From assembly GCA_964016885.1 (NCBI GenBank), contig OZ024743.1:341496001-341560000 (forward strand): 64,000 nt of DNA, given 5' to 3'. Positions 39,273-54,204 of the stretch are shown here, in pieces. The translations under genes and the position numbers were made by a program. Position 1 is the first letter of the stretch. The number at the start of each line of letters is the position of its first letter. The stretch comes from Eledone cirrhosa (taxonomy: Eukaryota). Below the pieces are notes generated by a model. That model was not told the origin of the DNA, searched no databases, and saw nothing but the letters and a program-made list of their open reading frames with translations.

Positions 39273-40478
39273 CTACATTTTAAATTTATATTTATATTTA
39301 AAAGTTGAGTTCAATCTATGTCTGCAGCAACTGAATAAATTTGTCCGTAAATTAAGGGAATTTTTAGATTTTAGTATAAAGAATATCTCCTCTGCGCAGA
39401 GGTCACATGTCTCAGAAGATGAATTAAAAGGAATCCCTCTTGAGACTATATTCCAAGCCGTCGAATATCCAACGTTATCATGCTTAAGTTGCCAGAGTAA
39501 GCCTGATAGTGATGTTGAAGATTTTTTGCTTGGATCTGTGAAATAATTCTTGTGGTTATTATAGCGAAGTTTAAATTCTGTCGAGGTGGAACCAACATAG
39601 TTAAAAGAATTTAAGTCCGTTTTAACATTACAGTTGTATATTATATTTTTAACTAAGCAATTGTTATTTAACGGACATTTAGATCTATCTCTACAGTTAC
39701 ATTTGTTTACTTGGATATTATTAATGCTATTATCGGTATTTTGGCTAGGTTTTAAATTCCTATTATTTATTCTATTAATATTTTGTGCTAAATTTTTAGT
39801 GGATGAGTAAGTTAATTTTATAGTATGTCTATTGAAAATTGAGTGATACTTATGTGTTCTAGGGAAGCGATTATCAAGAGCATTAAAAAATAGTTTAGCG
39901 ATGTGGGTTTTAATGTTTAGTGAGAAAGGGGAGGGGGGGGGCAAACCATATTATATTCCTAGTTCTATTTCTTTTTTGGCTTTTGGAATTATTGTAATGC
40001 TTTCTATTATAGTTGTTAAAGTTGTTGCCGTAATTAAAATTGTTGTTATTTTGGTTAGTTTGTCTATTATTATCTATGTACATGATTTTATCACTATATC
40101 CTGCTCTAGCTAACGCTTCATTGTAATACTGGTCTTTTTCGTCGAAAATCTTTTTATTAGATGAGATTCTAGAGATACGTTTTTGAACAGAGTTCACTAT
40201 AGTATTTTTAACAGATCTGGGATGATTAGAGTTAAAACTGACATAGTTTAAGTTTTCATTCAACTTGTGAAATGGATAGTGAAGACATGTGTTGAGATTT
40301 AATGTTACATCTAGGAAATTGACTATTCTATGGTTATTCTCAATTTCTATTTTTAGATTAAAGTAATTAAAAAATTGTGTAATTTGTTTTCTTTTTCTAT
40401 TTAGTTCAGAGTTATTATTTTCAATAAGTAAAAGCATGTCATCTCTATATAATCCTCCGGTAGCACCGGGTATTTTCC
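39273..40478 (-). pseudogene. PLE RT C-terminal half + GIY-YIG; frameshift in the poly-C of the WFAPP linker
   Basis: GGLYRDDML, NFLDVT, CNCRDRSKCPL, YVGSTSTEFK, CDLC, CCRH; paralog of 23783-24975. Confidence 0.9.
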
Positions 40479-41704
40479 TATGCGCGGAGGAGATATTCTT
40501 TATACTAAAATCTAAAAATTCCCTTAATTTACGGACAAATTTATTCAGTTGCTGCAGACATAGATTGAACTCAACTTTTAAATATAAATATAAATTTAAA
40601 ATGTAGTATATTTACTTATGATTTGTAATTATTTATGAAACTCGCCGATAAATCTTTCGATTTCTTTTTTTTTTTTAAACATTCTTCATGAATAATTAAA
40701 CTACCCTAAAAGATGATGCTCCAAATATATCGAATAAATTTTACACTAGATAAACTTCTATAATAAATATAAGACCATCTGTAGATCAAATGGGTATCCT
40801 AAACTTTTGGAATGATTTCTGCTAGACAGGATTTGGTAAATAATTTTGGTTTTGTTTGCTTTTGATTCTGATGCTTATAATGAACTTGGCAATATATTGT
40901 CAATTAATTTTGAGGGGTTGTTTTCTGTGGTTGATTTGCGGGGCATACTGTGTTTTATTTTTTAATATATATATATATATATTTTTTTTTTTCCTTATAT
41001 TTTTTAATATTTTTATTGATATATTGATATCTGTTGTCTATTTATGCTTGAACGATAATCATGTAGAGTAAAGACAAGAATAGTATTGTTAAAATTAATG
41101 TAGATTATATATATATATTTGTGTATGTACACATATATGTATACTAGAATTTTTATAGCACAATGAGAATGTTTTCATGTGAAATAGGAATTTGCAGAGC
41201 TGATCACGTAAATTCACATGGATGTCTATAGTATCGAATCTGGGATAACCTTCTATATTCTTTTTTCTTTTTTCATGAAAGTGCATATATACTTATGTAT
41301 TTCAATTTTTTGTAGTTTTTATCTCAGTTCTGATTATAAACCTAGGAATTTTAAACTAGACATATGATCATTATTTTTCACACATTATTGATACGTGTCT
41401 CATTCATGAATACTGATATTTACATTATAATACCTAATTCATACGAATTGATATTTTAGATGATGAAACATAATGTTTTAAATCTGCCTCGTTTATCTCT
41501 GGATATGTTTCTTTTCTCTCTATGTAACGGCTGTTTCCTCTCCTAACCACATATATCTCTCTCTACCTTAATACTAGAACTAAATAAATAAATAAATAAA
41601 TAAATATATCATTGATACGTCATTCAACTGGTGCCCAACTACCTATTTTTCTCTCTCTCTATTTCTCTCTCTCTCTCTATCTATATCTATCTCTCTCTAT
41701 ATTT

Positions 41705-41756
<52 letters not shown>

Positions 41757-42003
41757 CTGTTTTCTCTCTCTCTATCTATCTCTCTCTGTTTTTTCTTTAC
41801 ATGAATTTCTTCTCTCTATCTATCTCTCTATATCTATCTCTCTCTGTTTTTCGTTGCATGCATTTCTTCTTTTTCTTCGCTTTCTTTCTTTCTTTCTTTT
41901 TATAACTGTCCCTAACATTTTTCACTACCAAATCAACTTTTGAAATGGAAGTTGAAGTTGTAAGGTATGTCAAATCTATCTATTAATAAGACTGTTTATA
42001 TTG

Positions 42004-42069
42004 TATTTTGTCTGATGAAGGCATACCATATTTTTAATATGATATCCCTGAAATATATATAATGAAATA
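42004..42069 (+). ncRNA. Family A hammerhead
   Basis: tattttgt-CTGATGA-aggcataccatatt..aatatgatatccct-GAAA-tatata-TA-atgaaata. Confidence 0.8.
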
Positions 42070-42109
42070 AATATGGTTTTATAAATATAGTTTCCATTTA
42101 TTTAATATC

Positions 42110-42645
<536 letters not shown>

Positions 42646-44011
42646 ACGAAGGAAATGTGGTAAGGAAACAGGTGGACCATAACGCACCAAATTACTCAAT
42701 ACTTGGGTAATAGGAACTAGTAGGACCCCGACGGCTGAGAGCAAGCGGTTTTGACGGCTAATTCTGGACTAAATGAAAATTTTTATCCTGGTATATGAAT
42801 AGCCGAGCTTCTCAGGGGGGTAATTCCATATATGGTAAAAGGGATTGTCACAAGGATTGGTCAAAAGTTTGTCGTTGAGACACATAATTTTATCATGGCA
42901 ATTTGTGGAAGGAAGGGGTAGCTGAACCAGCCAGTAGAAGAAAGAGGGAGAGGAGGTGGAGGAAACCCAGTCGTGCGTTGATAGTGCCAACTACAGCAGG
43001 GCAGGATGTCAAGGATGTATACTAGGGAGGGGGAGGGGGAGGCAGTCGAAACAATAAGTAAAACAATATGGGGTAAATATATAGCAAAATACCAAGAATG
43101 TTAAAAAAAACCCAATTAAATATAAAAAAAACAATTTCTGGTTACTATTCCCTAAGGACAGCCATCAAGTCTCTCACTGGTACTGCTAGACTATAGAAAA
43201 GTTTACTAGGTGGGACGGAATTATAATGAGACCCTTTTAAGAGGTAGTAGTAATCAACCGAGTATATCTTACTTACGGTGACGGGTCTACAAGTGGGGGG
43301 CCAAAATACTAAAGAAACTACCACGAAATAATAATTCAGAGTCCCGAGACTAATACGAAATAATTGTTTCTACCCTAGGCACAAGGCCAGCAACCACACA
43401 GTGCAAAAAATAAACTAATACGAAATAATAATTCAGAATCCCGAAAAAATAATACTAATACTATCTCTAAGAATGCCGCTACGAAACAAAAATTCTAATG
43501 CAAACTGCATAAATGCTCGTACGAAGTATATGAAAAATTTGATACGGAAAATTAATTCAGAATCCCTCCCCCCCCCCAAAAAAAAAATACTGACATACGA
43601 TAAATTAAAGCAAAGATACCACTAAGAAATGTAGAAAGCACGGAAAAGTGGCAGCCATCGGATAAGAAAGCAATATCCGGGGTCTATCACATCTGCTATA
43701 AAAAGCGGAGTCGGCCAATTCTATGATAGAATAGGGGAAGGGCGTGGGGGTACTGAGGCTACAAAGGACCGAGGGGCTGCCTCAGGTGGGCGAGAAAGTG
43801 AAAAGGACGACGACAAAAAAGAGGACTGGGGTGGAAGAAGTAGGAAGGGATAGGGGGGGGGGGAGAAGGAAATATAGAGGAAGCGATAAAAAGATGTAAA
43901 AGAAGATATTACGTCTACCTTTGCAAGCAGGGGTTACCCATTACAAAGTCGGCAAGTGGGGTGTTACAGCCCTTGTCTACCTCCCCGGTCATTATGGGGC
44001 TTGAGGGCGAG

Positions 44012-45470
44012 CTAAGTCCTACGCAATCTGTGTTTGCATGCAGTTACCAGTTCATCTTTCTTGTTTAGGAGTTGGTCCGTCGAAAACAGCATTTGTAAAG
44101 TTTCCTCCGAACATAAATTGCACGGATGGCGTCCTCCCGTGTAAGAGTTGGTTCTGGACAGTAAGCTCCAAGTGAGATCATAGGTAATATTGTTATCCTT
44201 GAGGTCCCAGATGTGGCGCGAAAGTGTGGTGGCGTGACGCCGGGCCGGGTTTCGGAAGGTATGTCTGTGTTGGTATAGCCGGGTCTTGAAGTCACATGCG
44301 GTTAATCCTATATAAGCTTTGTTGGAGGTGTCCGTCCTCACGTTGCACTGGTAGATCACATTACGATCTCTGCATCTGTTGTCGAGGGGGCAAATGTATC
44401 CATCAGGACAGTTGCACCTCCAGATCGGCTCTCCACTGCTATTTAGGTTATTTATTCCATAGGGGTTGAGCTTTTTGTTGTTAGAGGAGACGATGTTTTG
44501 TGCAAAGTTTGGTGTGGTACTGTAGGAGAGTTTGATGGTATTTTTGTTAATTATGTTGTGGTAGCGGTGTTGTAGTGGGAAGTGTTTTTCAATGAGCCTA
44601 AAGAAGATTTTCCCGATAGGAGTTGTCACTTCGGCGTTGTGGGGAGGATTGAACCATGTAACATTGTGTGAGCGGCGGTATCGCCTGCTGGTTCCGCTAA
44701 TGGAAGCTGGACAGTAGGATATTTCCTCCCGGAAACCACTTCGCTTGAGGGCCTGGTTGTAATAAAGCGCATGTTCCTCGAATATCTGCTCATTAGCGGA
44801 CAAACGAGATATGCGGAGGGAGATGTTTTTAACCAGGTTATTGGTGATGTTCCTAGGATGGTTTGACCGGCGGTGGATGTAGTGCAGGTTGTCGTTGGTT
44901 TTCCTGTATGGGTAGTACAGATCATGATCGAGGTCAAGGGTAATGTCCAGGAAGTTTACTCGGGTCAGGGACGTTTGTAGGGTTATTTTAAATCCCCAGT
45001 CGCGGAAGAAGCTGATTAATTGTTTACGGACCCGGTCTGTACTACTGGGGTTGTACCCTTTAAGGGTTAGGAGCCCATCATCCCGGTACAATCCACCGCC
45101 GAATGCAGGAAACATATCGGTGAGTTTAGCTAGTAGGAATAATCCTATAAGATCTATGACCTCAGCCGAATCCGTCGCGCCCATGCTGACGTCGAATGGT
45201 GAGTCGGGAGCTTTCTTTATCCATTTGGAGTTGTCGAAGAGTAGGACTGTCTTCCTGACGTGGAGGATGATGTTTCTTTCCTGGTCGGTGATGGGCGCAA
45301 GTGTTTCGGCAAAGTCCAAGGCAGCCGTAAGTAGCGGTAAGGTAATTGAAGCATAGTAACTCTCTATGTCAAACTGGATGAATTTAGTGTCTCGTTTGTC
45401 CTCAATATTGCTGAACCATGAGATTACTTCCTGGGTGTTGATCTATAGGCTAAGTCTGGCGTGTTGCTTA
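44012..45470 (-). CDS. PLE RT + GIY-YIG; open from ~45442 to the stop at 44012, 5'-truncated
   Basis: VISWF..FIQFDIESYYASI (upstream of the track ORF), FDVSMG, GGLYRDDGL, NFLDIT, WFNPP, CNC..CPLDNRC, VIY..YIGLTACDFKTR, CNLC, CKH. Confidence 0.9.
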
Positions 45471-45595
45471 ACTTTTCTTCTACGGGCAGGTTCAGCTACC
45501 CCTTCCTTCCACAAATTGCCATGATAGAATTATGTGTCTCAACAACAAACTTGTGACCAATCCTTGTGACAATCACTTTTACCATATATGGAATT

Positions 45596-45691
45596 ACCCC
45601 CTGAGAAGCTCGGCTATTCATATACCAGGATAAACATTTTCATTTAGTCCAGAATTAGTCTTCGAAACGGCTTGAGCTCAGCCGTCGGGGA
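45596..45691 (+). ncRNA. Hammerhead-like motif with CUGAGAA core and long stem II (family D)
   Basis: acccc-CTGAGAA-g..c-GAAA-cggct-tgagctc-agccg-TC-gggg. Mirror copy at 42725-42821 (-). Confidence 0.6.
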
Positions 45692-45701
45692 CCTACTCGT
45701 T

Positions 45702-45741
<40 letters not shown>

Positions 45742-46287
45742 AAAATGATTTTAATGATTACAGACAAATTTGAAATGATTCGAGGTCATAGTTATAAATA
45801 TTTGATGTTAGCTTCTAATAATGCTGTTGAATATGTTGAAATATTTCCTCTGCGGTCAATCACGTTTCGGAAATGTGAGACATATTATCACACAAATTTC
45901 TTCCACGTCATCTACATAAATACGAATATACATATGTACACTCAAACACAAATACATATATATTGAGAGAGACGGAGATGTGTGGTTACTGTTAACGGGT
46001 TACTTACTGACATGTCCCATTGTCCTGTGTTCCCCCTATATCGGTATGTTTTCTTCTATTTTTCATTTTTTCCTCCTTTTTTTTCTTATTTCTTTCTTTC
46101 CCTCATGGCTTTTTGATACATAAAAGTCTAAGGGTGCGGAACGGACAGATGTATTATCTGTAATGCGCTGAAACACATGTTACCCGTAGTAGACCACTGA
46201 TGAAGGGAAACTGTCCATCTCTTGTTTGTGTCGCGTTCATGTGGTCATCAGTTACCACACAGCCCCGTCTCTTTCAATCCATATTTT

Positions 46288-46344
<57 letters not shown>

Positions 46345-46399
46345 CAATTGTACGGAATAAAAGCAGCTACAACCCAACAAAGGGTAGAAACACAGTTTC

Positions 46400-48375
46400 T
46401 GGACAAATTTTGTGACTACATAACAACTTCCCCATACCATGAACTACGGCAACCTAAACCCAAACTCAACACGAGTCGAAGGGAATAGGAGATTATTCAT
46501 CAACTGAAAAACAATACTGACATTATAATTAAGGAGCAGACAAGTGCAGTACTGTCGTCATTATGGATGCCGAACAATAAAACAATTCTATGTTCTCTCT
46601 CTTTCAAGATACTAACTATGAAAGAGTAAAAAACTACCAGCAATCAAAAACGATGACCAGATTAAACACATTCATTTGTCGATACCAGGAAGATTTAACT
46701 AATAAGGAACGCGATTATTTAACACAATTTGTATGTAAAACGAGCAAACTTTACGGACTTCCGAAGATCCACAAGTGTAAGATAATTAACGATGCCTGTA
46801 AACAATCCACCTCAACCTGCGTGAACACACAATACCCCACATACCTTAAATTAAGACCAATTGTAGCGGATCCACAATGTGAAACACATAGACTAAGCAA
46901 CTTTATAGACATACGACTAAAATGAATTCTCAAACACATACCAAGCCTTGTAAGAGACGATCTGGACCACTTAAACCACCTCCCCAAACATGTCAACAAC
47001 GACACTATTATTGTGTCTTTCGATGGAGTGAATCTGTACACAACGATACCACACCAATACGGACTAGAATCAATAGCATTCTGGCTAGAGAAATTTCCCA
47101 ATGACCTGACAGAATAGAAAAAAGCTTCACGTAGGGATTACAATTTATTTTACAGAACAACTTTTTTGATTTCTATGGCAGTACTTACTAGCAAATATCG
47201 CGGACTGCAATGGGTACAAAAGTCGCTCCTACTTATACCAACTTAGCCATGGCATACTTGGAAGTCCAGATATATTAACAGTCCAAATCAAAATACGGAT
47301 TGAACTTCCACAAATATTTATCAGAGAATTGGAAACGCTACTTGGATGATTGTCTCATTCTTTGGTCTCAAACACTCGACCAACTAACTGACTTCAAAAA
47401 TTTAATTAACGGCATCATTAGCCACATCCAATTAACAACGGAATAGAGCCCAGATCAACTCACATTTCTGGACATCTTAATCATATAAAAGACACAAATA
47501 TTGAAACTGGCATACACTACAAACCAACAGATTCCAAACAATACCTGCTATTCACCTCCAACCATCGAAAGCACAACAAGACGAACATCCCTTTTAACCT
47601 AGCAAGAATAGTTTGCACAATTGTCTCCAATTATGAAACGCGAAATAAAAGAATTCAAGAATTAAAAGACATTCTACTCGAAAGACAGTACCAACCATTA
47701 CTAATAAAAAATGGAATAGAAAGGGGTAAATCAATAGGCATTGAGGAATTACGAAAAGAGAAACAAATTCAGGGTGCGTCCAATATTCTATCATATATCT
47801 CAACACACAACCCAAGAAATGCGGAAGCTTACAACACTATTCACAAGAACATCCCACTATTTAAACAAGACCCAAGAATGAAAAAAGCCCTTGAAACACA
47901 CAAAATAATCAAAAGCAAAACACAACCGAAATCGCTAAAAATATTACTCACCAACGACAAATTACCTGCCACAATCCCACAACCAACTGTCAAAAAATGT
48001 GGTCGCTCTAATTGTGGAACCTGCACTCACCCCATTGAAGGCAACACGTATACATTTAAATCAGGACAACATTTTGCTGTAAAAAATCACTTCACTTGCT
48101 CATCAAAAAATCTAATTTATGCCATTAAATGTAAAGGATGCAATAAAGATTATATAGGACAAACTAAACTCACACTCAGAAACAGAATGACAGTTCATCG
48201 CAAACAATTACGAGATCCCACCACCTGACAGTTACCACTCAATTCGCAAGTAATAAGACACCTAAATTCCAACTCTTCCCATTTTATTATTGCGCTGACA
48301 ATACAACAGAACAAATACGAATAAATAAGGAAAATAAGTTTATTCAAAAATAGAGACCAGCATTAAATATAGTTT
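46400..48375 (+). pseudogene. Degraded Neptune-type PLE RT + GIY-YIG
   Basis: SKLYGLPKIHK, LRPIVA, VSFDGVNLYT, TAMGTKVAPTY, WKRYLDDC, KPTDSKQYL, CGRSNCGTC, NLIYAIKCKGCNKDYIGQTK; many stops and frameshifts. Confidence 0.9.
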
Positions 48376-48829
48376 AATATACATTATGTCAACACCATAA
48401 CATGCAAACCATCCAAACAGACACATACACACACACATAACACCTTCTACTTTAGAAAATAAAAAACAGAACTAAATAAACCTTAACAAACGTTAATACA
48501 CTAACACCTTAACATGCTAACCACACACCCCACACACACATACCCCCCCCCCATTTCTACTAACGGAATCATTTTCCTACACATACACACACATACAAAA
48601 TGTATATATTCTCTCCATCTTAACATGCTAATCATACTCCCACACACACACACATAACACCCCCCACACACACACAATTCCCTCCCCCATTTTACTAATA
48701 GAATCATCTTCCTACACATACACACACACGCTCGCACGCGCGAACACACACAAATAAACTTACTTTTCTCTACTTTATTTCAATAGAAAGTTGAATTTTG
48801 ACACCCCAGCACACCAGCCATATTCACTG

Positions 48830-49600
48830 AAGCAGAACAATTCTCCCCATCCCGTGTTTATTGACCATTATCTTTTGTTTGGGACAAAATTCTCTAAAAG
48901 GCTTCAAAATAGTTTCCCAAATACGGGGGCGAAATTTAATGTACTTGTTCACGTGACAGTTATAATTTCATTTATAACCAATCAAATTACATTTCAGCAT
49001 ATTAGTCATACTCAGAACAACTCTCTCCATCCCTTTTTCTTGACGTTGGCAGTATCGGTAGAGGGTTGGACACCATGCTTTGACGCATAGAGTTGCGGCC
49101 CTTGCCATTCTGAGTTCAAATCCCGCCGGGGTTAACTTTGCCTTTCATCCTTATGGGATCGATAAAATAAAGTACCAGTAATACACTGGTTATTGCAGGC
49201 CTTGTGCCCAAAGTAGAAACAATTAACTTTTGTTTAGCTCAAAATTCTCTAAATGGCTACAAAACAATTCCAAAATTCGGGCGCGAAATTTAATGTACTT
49301 GTACACGTGACAATCATAATCTCATTTATAACCAATGAAATTACATTTATAAAAAAAAGCCTTCGTGAGCCACCTTTTTTTAAGTAAAAAGAAATTCAAA
49401 CACAAACTGGCGCGAAAGCTGATGTGCTTATTCACGTGACTGCATCAACCAACCAAACTTCACTCATATATGAAAAAACAACCTGAGTCCCCCCCCCCCC
49501 CCCCCCCTCTTTGTTGAAGGCAAATAAGAAGGACCTTGTAACGCGAACTGGCGCGAAATTGATTATACTTATTCACCAACCAACCAACCAAATTACTTCT
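48830..49600 (+). repeat. Degenerate tandem repeat (~130-180-bp units) carrying GGCGCGAAA-N14-(T)CACGTGAC; interrupted by a SINE
   Basis: Modules at ~48926, 49280, 49409 and 49550; related copy at 33490-33620. Confidence 0.7.
49045..49225 (+). mobile_element. OR-like SINE
   Basis: A/B boxes and body as at 31412. Confidence 0.88.
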
Positions 49601-49664
49601 CTTAAAATCTAATTTTTCGAGCAACCTTTAAAACAGAAATAACATTCAAAGACCAACGATATGT

Positions 49665-49801
49665 GAGAATAACCACAAACCCTCCATCTCAATTCTACTT
49701 TTGAAAACAGAGGAACTGCGAAACCGGTAAAGGAACCAAATAAATATATATTTAAGAAAAAAAACGACTCCAGTTGTTTTTTCGGTTTCATCTTTTTTCC
49801 T

Positions 49802-49836
<35 letters not shown>

Positions 49837-49988
49837 AAGAAAAAAAGATGAAATCGAAAATGTAACTGGAGTCTTATTTTTAAAAAAATAAGACTCCAGT
49901 TGCATTTTCGATTTCATCTTTTTTTCTTTATACTTTCACTCGTGTAGGACACCCCGTTTTTTTTTCATTTTGTAAAAAAAAACTCACG

Positions 49989-49995
<7 letters not shown>
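49665..49995 (+). mobile_element. Family E mini-element pieces, including a short fold-back at 49835-49932
   Basis: Homology to 25100-25305 and 59253-59575. Confidence 0.7.
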
Positions 49996-50019
<24 letters not shown>

Positions 50020-50430
50020 GCGAAGCATTATGCTCAGACGCTTGGGTCTTTTAATTTATATATATATATAATATAGAAATGGCTTCCGTTTCATTCGGGA
50101 GAAATCATATATATATATATATATACACACACGTATACCGAAGGTGCGCAAGAGACGAAATGCTATAATGATAGCTGACAAAACAGGGTTAAGACACTTA
50201 AAAGCTAGAAAAAGGTTGGCAGATGGTATCTCTCAACTTCTCTTCCGCCTTTTAAGGGTCTTCACCCTATTTTATAATCTATCTTTATAGCATTTCTGCG
50301 CAAGAGCACTTTATTTATAACTTTATATACATACATTCTAAGTGTTTCAAAATCCGGAAGTTCAGTTTCGTATATTGAGTACACACACACACACACACAT
50401 ACACACACATACACACACACACACACATAC

Positions 50431-50559
<129 letters not shown>

Positions 50560-50768
50560 TATATGTGTATGTGCGTATTTGTCGGCTAGGTAAATAACAC
50601 GTCCGACTCGTAACATATCAATGGAAAATTGTATGTTTAACTGAAGAGAACCTGCAAGACTGTTATCATATAACTACCTTACATCTTCAAAATAAAACAA
50701 CAGTTAGTTCACCATACCGAGAACAATTGTTTTACCTTGGCGGATCTTGGCGGAACTGGGTGACCAGT

Positions 50769-50808
50769 CCGAGCTGAAGATCCGCTAAGGTGAAACAATT
50801 GTACTCGG
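50769..50808 (+). ncRNA. Minimal type I hammerhead inside a fold-back (50700-50826)
   Basis: ccgag-CTGAAGA-tccgctaaggt-GAAA-caattg-TA-ctcgg. Confidence 0.85.
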
Positions 50809-50903
50809 TATGGTGAAGAAACTGTTGTGTTACCACATCTACCAAACTCGTCCCATGGACTGAGTATTCTACCACTACGGATATTACCTTCCAGTGTTCT
50901 AGC

Positions 50904-51001
<98 letters not shown>

Positions 51002-52217
51002 CCTCTCTCTCTCTTTATATATATATATGTGTGTGTGTGTATATATATATGTGTGTGTGAGTGTGCGTGTGTGTCTGGAAAAATATAATTCTTTTACACA
51101 TAAATATTGACAACTTTTGCGCGTAGAATATCACTCTAAAATAATTCTATTTCCAGAGATGACGCGATCCTTCATGTGGAAAGCTACGAGTATTACTAAA
51201 TATACCAGCTCACAGTTAAAATTAGAAAATAAGAACATTTTAAAGAATCATTGCAGGTGCACTTAATAATATAATCAAGCAAAACTCTTGCTATCTGAGT
51301 AGATATAATCAAAAATGTTCTTCCACTAAGAATATGATTTTCGTATTCTGAAATCAAACATTGATCCGTTTAAAATAGATTGTAAACGCATGGCTCTTTC
51401 TAGATTGTACCATCTCCCCAAAGAGCAATGCTAAATCGCCATCTTCTGCTACAGTAAAGAATAACTGATTGGACGCAGATATTTCCTACTCCACAACATT
51501 ACACAGATTAATCAAAAGCTATCTTGACGGTCCCAATATCCTAGAATTTTACATACGCCAACTCCGGAGAATGATCTAACACATGTTCTCAACGGGGGGC
51601 ATATGCACCCCCGGGGAGCGTTTTGGATCAAGAGGGCATTAGGGGGCGTTTGAAGTATTCTGGGGCGCTTCGGGGGGGTCTGTGGAAGGCTATTTACTTA
51701 GGTAAGTTTTATAACCAATATTTGCACGTCTCTGTGACAGCCAGTGTGAATACATTTGAATGAAGAAAACGAAGAAAATAAATAAAAGAAGCTTGTCAAC
51801 GAATTCCCTAGGGAGATACAAGAAAAACGAAAGAAATCAAAGAAAATGAAAATAAGGACGACTTCAACATTCACAAGTTACAAGAACAACAGAAACGACA
51901 AGAAAAAGAAGCTGTGGTGATGAATGGTGTGTATGATTGTATGTATATACATACATACGTGCATACATGCATGCATCCATACATGCACATATATGCCCAC
52001 ATAGGCCGGCGTTGGTGTTTGATGAGGTTGAGAACCTGGTCAGCTTTCAGCCAGAGCTGTGGTATTTAATCTCCCTAGGTAATAAAATCTGGGGTAAAAT
52101 TTTCTCCTTACCCCCCAAAAAATATAAATCATGTCAACATCCTTACACACTTAAATATAAATGCATGTATATATACAAATTTATAAGTGCATATACATAG
52201 GTAAATGTATGTATGTA

Positions 52218-52286
<69 letters not shown>

Positions 52287-52729
52287 ATATATATCCGGGA
52301 GAGATGACCCCTTACCCTTTGTCAAGGCAGAATTCTAGGAGAAGGAAAACTCTGATATAACACCTGCAACCCTGATGGTATCCAATGATGTTGACTTGTT
52401 CTTCTTTTTGGTAAATATCATCTTGGTTAAGAGAGTGGGACTCGCTTTGTGCAGTGCCTTTGCTCACTATAAAAGCTTTCCGGCACAGGCATTGCTTTAT
52501 ATCTGGAGATCTCTCTGCACTTGTCGTCACATGGTACCATGGGCCCAGCACTATGTGTCAATAATTGTCACAAGTCTAGAGTTTGTACCAGAGTTTTCAA
52601 GTCGCTGGCTGGACTAAATAGTCACACTCTTTCAGCGCATCGGTAGGGGTTCTCCATCATGGATATAAGGTAGTGGCCGTACTCGAAAACGAGTTGGCAG
52701 CCACCAGATATATATATATATATATATAA

Positions 52730-52957
52730 AGTATTAAAAAAATAATGAATAAAACAATGAAACAGTTCCTTATATTAAACAAAAAAAGTTCATTATTTAA
52801 CGATCGTTTCTAGGACATATATGTGTTAGAATTGGCATGCATATTCAACAGATCTATGTACAAAATTATACAAATTATACTTCTTTCCATGATATCCGGA
52901 TTACATTGAGTTCTTCATACAGATTGGACACTACCGTAAACTCTTGGTAGATTTATC

Positions 52958-52962
<5 letters not shown>
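52730..52962. mobile_element. Family F mini-element (internally deleted relative of 63077-63450)
   Basis: Shared left arm and 3' tail ..ggacactaccgtaaactcttggtagatttatctaca(ta)n. Confidence 0.75.
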
Positions 52963-52997
<35 letters not shown>

Positions 52998-53176
52998 GGC
53001 TGGTCTACGTCTGGATAGAACTCAATACAATCTTCTTAAATCCATAGAGAAGTTCTGTGTTTCGCTGAATTAATTCTTTAGATACAATCAGATATTAGGT
53101 ATTAAATAAACAATAAAAATAAAAACAAAGTTATAAAGTATCTTGACTTTGCTCTTTTTATTTTGATTGTTAATTT

Positions 53177-53254
<78 letters not shown>

Positions 53255-53258
<4 letters not shown>

Positions 53259-53500
53259 AGTGTGACAAGAAGCTGGCTTCCCAACCACATGCTTCTGGGT
53301 TCAGTCCCACTGCTCGGGCCGACCAAAGCCCTGTGACTGGATTTTGATAGATCGAAACTAAAACAAGCTCGTCGTATATATGTATATATGTATGTGTGTG
53401 TCTCCCACTAATGCTTGTTGATTTGTTGACGTCTTAATAACTAACCCAGGTGATGCTCCAGCATGGGCGCAGTCCAGAGACAGAAAAAAGTAAAAGTAAA
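53255..53500 (+). mobile_element. OK-like SINE with RTE-type tail
   Basis: gcttcccaaccacatg..gggttcagtcccactgc..gggccgaccaaagcc..; tail tgctccagcatgg..aaaagtaaaag. Confidence 0.7.
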
Positions 53501-53503
53501 GTG

Positions 53504-53550
<47 letters not shown>

Positions 53551-53644
53551 AGAAGAGGTGTCTCAAACTGAAGGACAGAAAAGGGTCATTACGTCCTGGA
53601 GGAGAGGCACAGTGGGCCAAACGTGGTGGTGAATGATGATTTTC

Positions 53645-53855
53645 ACTAGTTATAATCATTTCTACTATAGGCTCAAGGCATGAAATTTAGGGTTTAGGGT
53701 CCCGTCGATTATATCGATCCCAATTAATTTATCGACCCCAAAAGGATGAGAGGCAAAGTTGAGATCGGCGGAATATGAACTCGGAACGTAAAACGGAAGA
53801 AGTACCACTAAGCATTTCGCCAGATGTGCTAACGATTCCACCACTTCGCCGCCTT
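53645..53855 (-). mobile_element. OR-like tRNA SINE variant
   Basis: Minus strand ggcggcgaagtggtggaatcgttagca..gttccgagttcatattccgccga..ggggtcgataaatt. Confidence 0.75.
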
Positions 53856-54040
53856 ATTTTCACAAGTTGTAATGGAATCTGAAATATTGGTTCTACCACG
53901 GGCCATAGGAAAGTAGTTCGCGGGCCTTTTTTTACAGCACCGTGTTGGAGAGATAGACATATTTCTTATAGATAGATAGATAAATAGATAGACGTGTACC
54001 AAACACACACACACACGTTTCTCACTCGCTATCCCTCTCC

Positions 54041-54204
<164 letters not shown>

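Noticed and set aside
46190-46250. CTGATGAAGGGAAAC as a hammerhead
   Set aside because: No room for stem II and no matching stem I at the expected position.
51580-51700. hAT-like terminal sequence
   Set aside because: No partner TIR, TSD or transposase relic identified.
52296-52710. Possible RTE 5' UTR/HDV-like ribozyme near ggagaaggaaaactctga
   Set aside because: Could not build the nested double pseudoknot by eye; evidence too weak.
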